Part shown: positions 9,566 through 20,070 of the stretch, piece after piece
Position numbering within the stretch: the first letter of the stretch is position 1
How the letters are laid out: each line of letters opens with the position of its first letter
Notes under the pieces: generated by a model
The model's database searches: none
The model's input: only the letters and a program-made list of their open reading frames with translations
Told to the model about the DNA's origin: nothing
Assembly: GCA_046155365.1 (NCBI GenBank)
Contig: JBJXFH010000153.1
Location: 6,888 to 70,887, forward strand
Source: Acidimicrobiales bacterium
GTDB lineage: Bacteria; Actinomycetota; Acidimicrobiia; Acidimicrobiales; CAIXPF01
DNA: 64,000 nucleotides
Reading direction: 5' to 3'
Position numbers and translations under genes: made by a program

Positions 9566-9720
9566 CTGTTCATGGTTCCCCCACGGCCGTGGTGGTATCG
9601 ATGTCGGGACCGGGGCGGCGTCGTCGGTGTCGTACCGGGGCCCCTTGAGTCGTTAACCTGCCCGGTCGGTCTGTCGCCCACCGGAAGGATCCCCGTGCAA
9701 GAGCCGAAGGGCCATCGTCC

Positions 9721-12160
<2,440 letters not shown>

Positions 12161-12195
12161 ACCTCAGCGCGCAACCGAAGCCAGGTCGACCCCCA

Positions 12196-13737
12196 TTAGG
12201 CCACCGCAGCGCCAGGCTGCACCATGTGCGCTGGCGGGGCCTGGGGCGCTGGCGGGGCCTGGGGCGGCAACGCTGACAACGGAGGCCCGGCTGGCCCCGG
12301 AAGGCCCGACGGCGCGCCTGGCGGAGCGGATGGAACCGGGCCTGGCGCAGGTATCGACGGCGCAGACAGCGGCGCAGCCGGCACCGGCGACGTAGGAACG
12401 GAAACCCCGCCTAGCCCGTGACCGTCGCCGTGGCGTCTTCCCGCCTCGCCCTCACGTCGGAAGAACCCGCCTCCGCTTTGGGAAGTGGCGAAGTACAACG
12501 CAGCGGCTTCGTTGATGGTTTGCTCGTCCAGCACGGTTTCCCGCTCGGCGTAATGGCAGATGGCCTTGGCCAGTCGGCAGAAGTCATTGGGGTAACACGC
12601 CAGGAGCGCGCCCTCGCTGCTCTTGGCCCGACAGATCGAGCGCAGGTAGGCGGCGGCCCCGCTGGAGGTGCGGATCTCATAGCGCTGGGTCACCCGGGCC
12701 ACGATCACGTCGAATTGCTCGTCGGTGACGGGACCCACGTAGATCTTGTTCTGGATCCGGCGGAAGAATGCGTCCTCTTGCAGATCAGCGGGGTCGAGGT
12801 TGGTGGAGAAGACAACCATCAGCTCGAAGGGGATCACGAACTTCTGGCCGTACTCCAACGTCAGATAGTCCACCCGGCGGTCCAGCGGCACGATCCACCG
12901 GTTGAGCAGCGCCCTCGGTGAGGCGAGCTGACGGCCGAAGTCATCGATGAACAAGATCCCGTTATTGGCCCGCATCTGCAGCGGCGACGTGTAGATCCCG
13001 GTGTTGCGGTCATAGCTCAGCTGCAGCATGTCCAGCTCCAGCTCCCCACCCACCGTGACGATCGGCCGGTAACAGGCCACCCAACGCGGGTCGAGGCCCT
13101 GCGGTTGGGGTTCGAGGGGATGGTGCACCAGCGGATCGAACACCGTGATGATCTGGCTATCCACTTCCACCGCCCGGGGCACCAACACCCCGTCGTGGTA
13201 GAGGCGGATGAGCCGTTCCCCGATGGACGTCTTGCCGGTGCCCGACGGCCCATACAGGAACAGGGACTCCTGGGCGGTGAAGGACGGACCGATCTGGTCG
13301 ATCAGCTCGTCATAGACCACCAGATCGGAGAAGGCCTCGCGCACGTCATCCCGACGCACGTGGGGTCGGGGACGTTGAGCCGCCACCACCTTGGTGTAGC
13401 TGGTGAGGGAGACCGGGGCCACCGAGGCGTATTTGGAGCGGCTGAAGCGCTCGTTGGCCTGTTCCCTCCCGAACGCGGTCAGGCTGAAGATGTAATCGTT
13501 GCCCACCAGCCCTTGGACATCGGCGTACTTCTTGGCCCGGAGTTCCTCGAAGACCACGTCGATGACCTTGACGGGAAGGCCCAGGACCTCCGCTAGCCGG
13601 CTGACCGAGGTGGTGTCGTCGAGAAAGGACCGGCGCAAGACCAGGTCCACCACGAGTTCATAGGGAATGTCCAGATCCGGTATGCCGATGAGTCGGTTGC
13701 GGATCACGGAGGTTGCGTCGTTGACGAAGCCCGTCAC
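12196..13737 (-). CDS. AAA+ ATPase with N-terminal wHTH-like region and Pro-rich C-terminal tail
   Basis: Walker A LYGPSGTGKTS; Walker B ILFIDDFGRQ; ...LLNRWIVPLDRRVDYLTL...VVFSTNLDP...FFRRIQNKIYV. Tail PAPGPVPSAPPGAPSGLPGPAGPP..PQAPPAPQAPPA. Confidence 0.7.
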   Translation of the reverse strand: MTGFVNDATSVIRNRLIGIPDLDIPYELVVDLVLRRSFLDDTTSVSRLAEVLGLPVKVIDVVFEELRAKKYADVQGLVGNDYIFSLTAFGREQANERFSRSKYASVAPVSLTSYTKVVAAQRPRPHVRRDDVREAFSDLVVYDELIDQIGPSFTAQESLFLYGPSGTGKTSIGERLIRLYHDGVLVPRAVEVDSQIITVFDPLVHHPLEPQPQGLDPRWVACYRPIVTVGGELELDMLQLSYDRNTGIYTSPLQMRANNGILFIDDFGRQLASPRALLNRWIVPLDRRVDYLTLEYGQKFVIPFELMVVFSTNLDPADLQEDAFFRRIQNKIYVGPVTDEQFDVIVARVTQRYEIRTSSGAAAYLRSICRAKSSEGALLACYPNDFCRLAKAICHYAERETVLDEQTINEAAALYFATSQSGGGFFRREGEAGRRHGDGHGLGGVSVPTSPVPAAPLSAPSIPAPGPVPSAPPGAPSGLPGPAGPPLSALPPQAPPAPQAPPAHMVQPGAAVA

Positions 13738-13829
13738 GGACCAGTGATCGGCCGTTCAGGGTCCGTCCTTGACCGTGTCGATGGTCCCGCCCCGCGCCGG
13801 ACCGGGGGCTCAGTTGACCGCGCCGCAGC

Positions 13830-14099
13830 TCACGACGGGTCCGCCAGGTCAAGCTGGCGATATCTGGCCATGGCCTCATCGAGGGAAAGGCCCAGTTGGT
13901 TGGCCAATGACGCCGTCCACGCCAACACGTCCCCGAGCTCGTGAAGTTGCTGCTCAGGGGTGCCTTTGCGAACGGCCTGCGCCAACTCGCCCAGTTCCTC
14001 GCACAGCCAGGCCACGGTGGCGGGCACGCCCCGGGCCCGATCCGCGGGACCGTAAAGCCGTTCCATGATGGCTTGGACCTCGTCCAGCTGCATGGCCAC
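13830..14099 (-). CDS. small MazG-like nucleotide pyrophosphohydrolase
   Basis: ...WLCEELGELAQAVRK...ELGDVLAWTASLANQLGLSLDEA..., the EExxE/ExxD MazG helix pattern. Confidence 0.7.
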   Translation of the reverse strand: MAMQLDEVQAIMERLYGPADRARGVPATVAWLCEELGELAQAVRKGTPEQQLHELGDVLAWTASLANQLGLSLDEAMARYRQLDLADPS

Positions 14100-14122
14100 G
14101 GGGGTGCGGTCCCGGCCGACGA

Positions 14123-14683
14123 TCAGCCGGCCGCTCGCACCGTGCGAAATGCCCGGGCCAGCAGCGGCGTGTCCCCACCGGCGTCGAGCAGCGCCACGGT
14201 GTCCGCGGACAGCTCGGTCCGGACCCGGTGCAGTTCATCGAGGTGCGCCTTGGCAATGACCGGAATCCCCGGGCCGGGCCGCGCTGGTGTCCGCTGTGCG
14301 GCGCCGCTGGCGGTGGAGGTCGTTTGGGGGCGGGATGGAGCACTCCCGCCACCGCCTTCGGGGGTTGTTGTCCCGGAACTTATGGGCACGGGCGCCATGG
14401 ACGGGCTGCCCTTGCGACCACTGCGCCGGCGGGGTTTGACCGGGTCCGGCCCGGGGACCGTCTCGGGAGACGGCACCGCCATCAGGTACGGCACGTCACG
14501 CAGGTCCCGCCGTTCCCAGCCCAACGGCACCGCCAGGTTGTCCGCGTGGGGGGCGCACAAGGCGTTCACCGTTTCGGCGCTGGTGGCCAGGTCGCCAACC
14601 CACACGATCAACCGTCGTGGATCTGCCGCCACGGCCGCGGCCGCCGGTCGCTGACATCCCGGCCGCTCACAAATGCCACCCAT
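14123..14683 (-). CDS. DUF3499-like protein
   Basis: MGGICERPGCQRPAAAAV...ALCAPHADNLAVPLGWERRDLR. ATG 14683 is chosen because the longer ORF runs through tRNA-Pro. Confidence 0.6.
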   Translation of the reverse strand: MGGICERPGCQRPAAAAVAADPRRLIVWVGDLATSAETVNALCAPHADNLAVPLGWERRDLRDVPYLMAVPSPETVPGPDPVKPRRRSGRKGSPSMAPVPISSGTTTPEGGGGSAPSRPQTTSTASGAAQRTPARPGPGIPVIAKAHLDELHRVRTELSADTVALLDAGGDTPLLARAFRTVRAAG

Positions 14684-14749
14684 GTGAGCATCGTATCTGC
14701 TGGTCAGAGCGGCTGCGCGGATGCTGCGCGGGGCTGCGGTGAATCTCGA

Positions 14750-14826
14750 TGGTCGGGTGGGGGAGATTTGAACTCCCGGCCTCTGCGTCCCGAACGCAGC
14801 GCGCTGCCAAACTGCGCCACCACCCG
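14750..14826 (-). tRNA. tRNA-Pro (anticodon CGG), CCA encoded
   Basis: Hand-folded cloverleaf: acceptor CGGGTGG/CCACCCG, anticodon arm CTGCG-TTCGGGA-CGCAG, T arm GGGAG-TTCAAAT-CTCCC; 77 nt. Confidence 0.9.
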
Positions 14827-14873
14827 TGGTGCGGTGCGCCAGGCTAGCAGCCCGGCACACGGTCCCGGTCACG

Positions 14874-15290
14874 CTATCGGGCGGCGTCCACGGCGGCGGG
14901 TTGCAACCCCTCCTGATACACCTCGCCGGCCAGCACCGCGGTCGCGGCCCGGCGCAGTCGGAGGCTGTTGACCGGTTTGATCAACCATCCATCGGCCCGG
15001 GCCATCTGGGCTAGGAACACGTCGGCATGACGGTCAAGCAGGATCACGATCCGTACCGGGTCCAGCCGGCCCATCTCCTCTTCTTGGCGCAACGCCAGCG
15101 AGGTGGCGATACCGCCGAGGTTGCCGATCTGGGAGTCCAGCACCACCAGCTCGGGGTGCACCTGGCGGGCCGCGGGCAGGACCATGCGTCCGGCGCGAAC
15201 CCGATGTACCGAGGTGGTCTCATCGGAGAGCGCGGCATCCACCTGGTCGTAGACCCACTCGGCATCCGTCGCCAGCAACACGGTTCCCAT
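14874..15290 (-). CDS. single-domain response regulator (receiver only)
   Basis: LLATDAEW...ELVVLDSQIGNLGG...WLIKP: acidic pocket, phospho-Asp and conserved Lys positions present; no output domain. Confidence 0.75.
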   Translation of the reverse strand: MGTVLLATDAEWVYDQVDAALSDETTSVHRVRAGRMVLPAARQVHPELVVLDSQIGNLGGIATSLALRQEEEMGRLDPVRIVILLDRHADVFLAQMARADGWLIKPVNSLRLRRAATAVLAGEVYQEGLQPAAVDAAR

Positions 15291-15482
15291 CGGCGCTCAC
15301 GTTAGTCGGCTCTCAACGGATTCGGTTCGGCGGTTGGGACGCCGTCGGGCATCGGGGAAGTTGTTGTCGGGGACAGCGGTCCGGTCCCGGCGGGAGAGAT
15401 GCAGCGCCTAGGCTCTGGGTTCACCCCGACATGCCGCCGGGGGACCGATGGGCTGGACGCAATCCGAGGCAAGGAGTGCCAC

Positions 15483-15836
15483 ATGCTCGAGATCCAGGTC
15501 GAGGACGCCGTAGATCACACGGTGTGCCGCCCGATCGGTGAGCTCGACGCTTACACCGTGGGCCAGTTCAGGGAAGTGCTGGCCACCTTTTCGGGCGTGA
15601 CCCGGTTGATCATCGACCTGTCCGAGGTGCCGTTCATGGATTCCGCCGGTTTGGGGGCCCTGATCGGAGGCATTCGGCGGGCCCGGGAAAATGATGGCGA
15701 GGTGGCGGTGGCCTGCAGTCGCCCCACACTGACCCGGCTGTTGCACACCACCGGGTTCGACCGCATCGTGCCCGTGGCGGACAACCTCGAGGGCGCGCTC
15801 GAGGCCCTCTACGCCACGGGTCGCCCGGCCACCTGA
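15483..15836 (+). CDS. STAS-domain anti-sigma-factor antagonist
   Basis: AAGGAG 6 nt before ATG 15483; ...GELDAYTVGQFRE...IIDLSEVPFMDSAGLGALIG..., with the phosphorylatable Ser in the DSAGLG context. Confidence 0.75.
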   Translation: MLEIQVEDAVDHTVCRPIGELDAYTVGQFREVLATFSGVTRLIIDLSEVPFMDSAGLGALIGGIRRARENDGEVAVACSRPTLTRLLHTTGFDRIVPVADNLEGALEALYATGRPAT

Positions 15837-15862
15837 ACCTGCCGCTCGGGCCTGGCCGGCCC

Positions 15863-18151
15863 TCAGCGCTGCGGCGTGGCCGGCGATAGTCGCGTCGCCA
15901 CCAGGGCGGCGCGGAGGCGTTGCACCCCCTCCAGGTTGTGCACGTCTTCGTCAAGTTCGGGGACGACCATCAGCGGTAACGCCTGGGGATCCGCAAGTGG
16001 GTGGTCCCGGCGGGCTGCGTACCGACCCAGGGCGATCTGGTCTTCGCGTGCGGTCATCATCCGGGCCAGGTTGTTCAGCGCTGGTTGCCACGGGTGCTCG
16101 GGCAGCCGCAGCGCGAGTTCTTCCACATCGTCTGCGCCGACGCCAGGTGGCAAAGACTCCTCGAAACCGGGGGTTACCCGGTTGAGGATCAACGCCGCCA
16201 CCGACAGATCCTGGTGTTGGAGTTGGTGAAGGAACAGCGCCGCCTCACGCAGGGCTTCGGGTTGGGGCGCGGTCACCACCACGAGATTGGTGGTCGGCCC
16301 GGCCAGCAGGGCACGAAGCTCGCCGGCCCGTTCCCGGAACCCGTCCTGCATGCCGTGGAAGGCCCGGAAAAAGATGATGGCGTCCTCCAGCACCGCGGAA
16401 CCGACCACCCGCCCAGCGGTCCGAACGGCCCCCAGACCCACCTGGGCCGCCAGGGCGCTGCCCCGCCCGGTCCCACCGCCACCCGTCAGCAGGCGATACA
16501 CCCGATGATCGAGGAACCGGGTGAGCCGCGCTGGGGCGTCAAGGAAGTCCAGGGCTTGGCGGGTGGGCGGCGTGTCAATGACCACCAGGTCATAACGCCC
16601 GCTGTGGTGCAGCTCGAACAGCTGTTCCGCGGCCATGTACTCCTGGGTACCGGAGAGCGCCTGGGAGATGTTGCGATAGAACCGGTTGGCCAGGATCTCG
16701 CGCTGTTGGGCCTGGTCAGCGGCGTAGCGGCTCACCAGCCGGTCGAACGTGTCCTTGGTGTCGAGCATGGTCACGTGCAGTTCGCCGAGCCAGTCCCCGG
16801 TCAGTTGGTGGGTGCGGTTGGTCATCGGGCCCAGACCCAGACCCAGCGCGTCCGCCAGCCGTCGGGCCGGGTCGATGGTCAACACCACGCTGCGACGACC
16901 CTGATACGCCCCCTGCAACGCCAGCGCCGCCGCCACTGAGGTCTTGCCCACCCCACCGGCTCCGGCGCACACGATGACCTCCGCCGTGCTCGTGAGGGCG
17001 GAGATGACCCCGTCACTGCCGTTCTGCTCGTCGCTCCGCCTGCTGTGCCCGTTGTGGTCCGGGACGTGGGGGTCCGCCGGGACGCCGCGCTTCGAGCGAC
17101 GATGGCGGGTTGATGACGCCTCGGCGGCTGGTCCCCCGGTGGCGGCCGCCGGGACGCGGTCCCCGGCGGGCGGGCTGGCGCCGTCACCCAGGGTCCGCAC
17201 CGCGGCCAGCACGTCCTCGGCGAGCTCGGCCACGTCGGCTGGTCCCAACCCGTCACCGGGACGCTGACCCACGGTGAGCTGCACCAACGGGAGCTGCGAG
17301 CCCAGCCGCTGGAGCTGACGTTGCTGCTGGTCATAGCGGTGCTGGTCGAACGCCGCGGCCTGCACCAAAGCCGGGGTGAGCCGCTCCAGCGCCGCCAGCG
17401 CCCCCGCCGACCCCGCCCCTGACGCCGGTCCTGCGGTTCGTCGGCGACCCCTGATCTCGGGTGGCGGGAGCCGATTGGGTGCTGCCAGGACACCGTTGAC
17501 CAGCAACGGCCCCAGGTGGATCCCGACCCGGTCCTCGAGGTCGAACGCGGTCTCGATCACCTCGTTGATCGGGGTCTCCTCGAGGGTGGTGACCAGCAGG
17601 AGTTGGCAGCGGCGGCCATCGGTGAGCAACTCCACCACCTCCGCCGCCTGAGCGTGGATGGGACCGTCTCGCACCGTGTCGAGCAGCCCACCGGGCGCCT
17701 TCAGCAGGGTCAGGGCATGACCCGATGCCGGGGCGTCCACCAGCAGTACGTCAGCGGCGCCGCCGCGCTCCAGCTGCTTGATCTTGCCGAGCACCAGCAG
17801 GTCTCCGAGGCCCGGCGCGCCCCGGCTGATGACCTCCACCAGGCCGCTGTCGAGCATGCGACGGGCCACGCGACCCAGGCGGGCCGCGGCCAGGTACTCC
17901 ACCAGCGCGTCCTCGGCCCGAATGGTGCGTCCACGCAGTCCCTGGCCCAGCTCCACGTCCTGGTAGCCGAAGCCGGTCCGACCGAAGTACGCCGGCAGAC
18001 CACCCCGACCCTCGATCTCGATCAGCAAGACGTCCAGGCCCAGCGACGCCGCGGCTACGCCCAGCCCGGCCACGAGGGTGCTCTTCCCCACCCCGCCCTT
18101 CCCGGCGACGATGTGGACCCTGGCGCTGGTGAAGAAGCTGACGGGGTCCAT
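15863..18151 (-). CDS. fused tandem ArsA/Get3-like ATPase (two P-loop NTPase modules in one ORF)
   Basis: Module 1: HIVAGKGGVGKSTLVAGLG. Module 2: VIVCAGAGGVGKTSVAAALA...LTIDPARRLADALGL. Both lie in one uninterrupted frame joined by a basic/His-rich linker. ATG 18151. Confidence 0.75.
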   Translation of the reverse strand: MDPVSFFTSARVHIVAGKGGVGKSTLVAGLGVAAASLGLDVLLIEIEGRGGLPAYFGRTGFGYQDVELGQGLRGRTIRAEDALVEYLAAARLGRVARRMLDSGLVEVISRGAPGLGDLLVLGKIKQLERGGAADVLLVDAPASGHALTLLKAPGGLLDTVRDGPIHAQAAEVVELLTDGRRCQLLLVTTLEETPINEVIETAFDLEDRVGIHLGPLLVNGVLAAPNRLPPPEIRGRRRTAGPASGAGSAGALAALERLTPALVQAAAFDQHRYDQQQRQLQRLGSQLPLVQLTVGQRPGDGLGPADVAELAEDVLAAVRTLGDGASPPAGDRVPAAATGGPAAEASSTRHRRSKRGVPADPHVPDHNGHSRRSDEQNGSDGVISALTSTAEVIVCAGAGGVGKTSVAAALALQGAYQGRRSVVLTIDPARRLADALGLGLGPMTNRTHQLTGDWLGELHVTMLDTKDTFDRLVSRYAADQAQQREILANRFYRNISQALSGTQEYMAAEQLFELHHSGRYDLVVIDTPPTRQALDFLDAPARLTRFLDHRVYRLLTGGGGTGRGSALAAQVGLGAVRTAGRVVGSAVLEDAIIFFRAFHGMQDGFRERAGELRALLAGPTTNLVVVTAPQPEALREAALFLHQLQHQDLSVAALILNRVTPGFEESLPPGVGADDVEELALRLPEHPWQPALNNLARMMTAREDQIALGRYAARRDHPLADPQALPLMVVPELDEDVHNLEGVQRLRAALVATRLSPATPQR

Positions 18152-18302
18152 GGGCACAGGCTTTCGGTGGCGTTGTCCCGGCTTTGGTGGGCCGGGCGCA
18201 GGCTGGGAAGCTGGGCAGGTGCGAACACGCAGGCTAGGACTGGTCCATGGGCTTCGACGCCGTGAGCGGGGGCGTTGGCGGCTCCCGCTCCGACGGTTGC
18301 GG

Positions 18303-19592
18303 ATGGTGGCGGTGTTGTGCCTGGTGGCCGCAGCGGCGCTGGGAACGGCCCTCCAGCCCACACGGACCCCGGCTGCTGGCGCCGCGACCGACACCACCGG
18401 CACCGGCACTTTCGGAACGGGTAACCAGGCCAGCAACGCCAACCCCGGGACCACCGATCTGGTTGAGGTGGTGGAGGTCAGCGGGCTGCTGGATCCGGTT
18501 CTGGCCGATTTCGTGCGGGAGCGCATCGTGGCCGCCAATCGGGACGGGTTGGTGGCGTTGGTGCTGCGGCTCAACAGCCCTGGCTCGGTGCTTTCCGTAG
18601 CCGAGTTCCAACAACTGGCCACCGAGCTGGGGACCTCGCCGGTTCCGGTGGCCATCTGGGTGGGGCCCTCTAGCGCCCAGGCCCGGGGGGCGGCGGCGCA
18701 GTTGGTGGGCCTGGCCAGCCCCGGGGGCATCGCTTCGGGGGCCCGGGTCGGTCAAGCGGGCGAACAGCTGGTGGACCGGGACCGCTTCGGGGTGCTCTTC
18801 GGCGACGCCGCCAACCAGGTCCGCAGCGCCTATGTCCGTTTCGATGACGCCGAATCCGCCAACCTGGTCCCCGCCGCCACCCTGGGCGACTTCATCATCG
18901 GCCTGGAGGGGGTGGCCACCCGCGCCGTGCAGGTTGATGGCCAGACCCGCCGTGAGCCGGATACCCCGGTGCGCTTCGTGCAGTTGGGGCTGGCCCAGGA
19001 ACTGCTGCACACCGTGGCCAGCCCTTCGGTGGCCTATCTGTTGTTCGTGATCGGGTTGGGGCTGATCCTGTTTGAGCTGTTCACCGCCGGTATCGGTTTG
19101 GCGGGGTTGGTGGCGGCGATCTTCACGCTGCTCGGCTGTTACGGCCTGGCGGTGCTCCCTGCCCGCTGGTGGGCGGTGGGGCTGTTGTTGCTGACGTTCC
19201 CCGTTCTGGCGATCGATGTCCAGATCGGCGTGCCCCGGCGGGCCACTGCGGCCGGATTTGCCCTCTTCACGCTGGGCACCTTCACCCTGTTCGAGGGCGT
19301 TTCGCTGTCCTGGGTGACCATCGCCTCCGCGGCGGTGTTGATGGTGGTGGTGTATCTGCGGGGCATGCCGGCGATGGTCCGCACGCGCTTCTCGGCGGTG
19401 GATCTGGGCCGGGACTGGCTGGTGGGTGAGCAGGGCACGGTGACTTCGGACATGGACCCCCGGGGCATCGTGGCCGTCCGCTCCGCCACCTGGCCGGCCA
19501 GCACCAGCGGAGGCGCGTTGTCGGTCGGGGACCGGGTCACGGTGACCGGCACCAGGGGCCATGTGCTCGAGGTGACCGCGGTCACCGACTGA
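18303..19592 (+). CDS. NfeD-family membrane protein with ClpP-like protease domain
   Basis: N-terminal signal/TM; ...VALVLRLNSPGSV...; four or more TM segments; C-terminal OB-like ...GTVTSDMDPRGIVAVRSATWPA...GDRVTVTGTRGHVLEV. Confidence 0.7.
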   Translation: MVAVLCLVAAAALGTALQPTRTPAAGAATDTTGTGTFGTGNQASNANPGTTDLVEVVEVSGLLDPVLADFVRERIVAANRDGLVALVLRLNSPGSVLSVAEFQQLATELGTSPVPVAIWVGPSSAQARGAAAQLVGLASPGGIASGARVGQAGEQLVDRDRFGVLFGDAANQVRSAYVRFDDAESANLVPAATLGDFIIGLEGVATRAVQVDGQTRREPDTPVRFVQLGLAQELLHTVASPSVAYLLFVIGLGLILFELFTAGIGLAGLVAAIFTLLGCYGLAVLPARWWAVGLLLLTFPVLAIDVQIGVPRRATAAGFALFTLGTFTLFEGVSLSWVTIASAAVLMVVVYLRGMPAMVRTRFSAVDLGRDWLVGEQGTVTSDMDPRGIVAVRSATWPASTSGGALSVGDRVTVTGTRGHVLEVTAVTD

Positions 19593-19726
19593 TGCATATG
19601 CATGGGGACAGGGTTTGGGCAGCCCTTCTGCTTGCAAAAAGAATCAAAAGATCGCGAAGGTTGTCTTGTGACGATTCGAAACGGGGGGGTAAGTTCGACC
19701 TACAGACATCGGTAGGGGGAGCCCCG

Positions 19727-20032
19727 GTGGCTGATTTGGTCAGCTCGGCAAGGGGGATTGGCGTGAGCGCTCAACGCTACGAAGAGGAATGGCAGATCAA
19801 GGCAGCCTGTAGGGGGCCGCAGAACGCTGTGGTGTTCTTCCCGCCGCAGCGCTTTGAACGAAAGCACGAGAAGGCTGAACGGGAAGCGTTGGCCAAGAGC
19901 ATCTGTCGGAGCTGCGCCGTACGGCGGGCCTGCCTGGATTACGCCTTGACCATCCGTGAACCACACGGCATCTGGGGGGGACTTAGCGAGAACGAGCGCA
20001 AGTTGCTCCTCGCCCGACGCGAAGCCAGCTGA
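19727..20032 (+). CDS. WhiB-family transcriptional regulator
   Basis: C-x-C-x2-C-x5-C pattern (AACRG...SICRSCAVRRAC), GIWGG turn; GGGGGAG SD before GTG 19727. Confidence 0.85.
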   Translation: MADLVSSARGIGVSAQRYEEEWQIKAACRGPQNAVVFFPPQRFERKHEKAEREALAKSICRSCAVRRACLDYALTIREPHGIWGGLSENERKLLLARREAS

Positions 20033-20070
20033 TCGAGTTCGTTTCGTCCCCTTCACGGTCCCGGGTCTGA

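Noticed and set aside
9566-9720. Possible lysine riboswitch or attenuator upstream of ask.
   Set aside because: I could not recognise L-box helices or a terminator/antiterminator pair by eye. This needs a covariance-model scan to exclude.
18152-18730. N-terminal 193 codons of the 955-aa ORF containing the ArsA modules.
   Set aside because: This part overlaps the divergent NfeD gene and its upstream region and has a non-protein-like composition. The ArsA homology starts right after ATG 18151.
19661-19680. TGTGA-cgattc-GAAAC upstream of whiB as a CRP/Cmr site.
   Set aside because: Only one half-site matches TGTGA-N6-TCACA; the second half matches at 1 of 5 positions.
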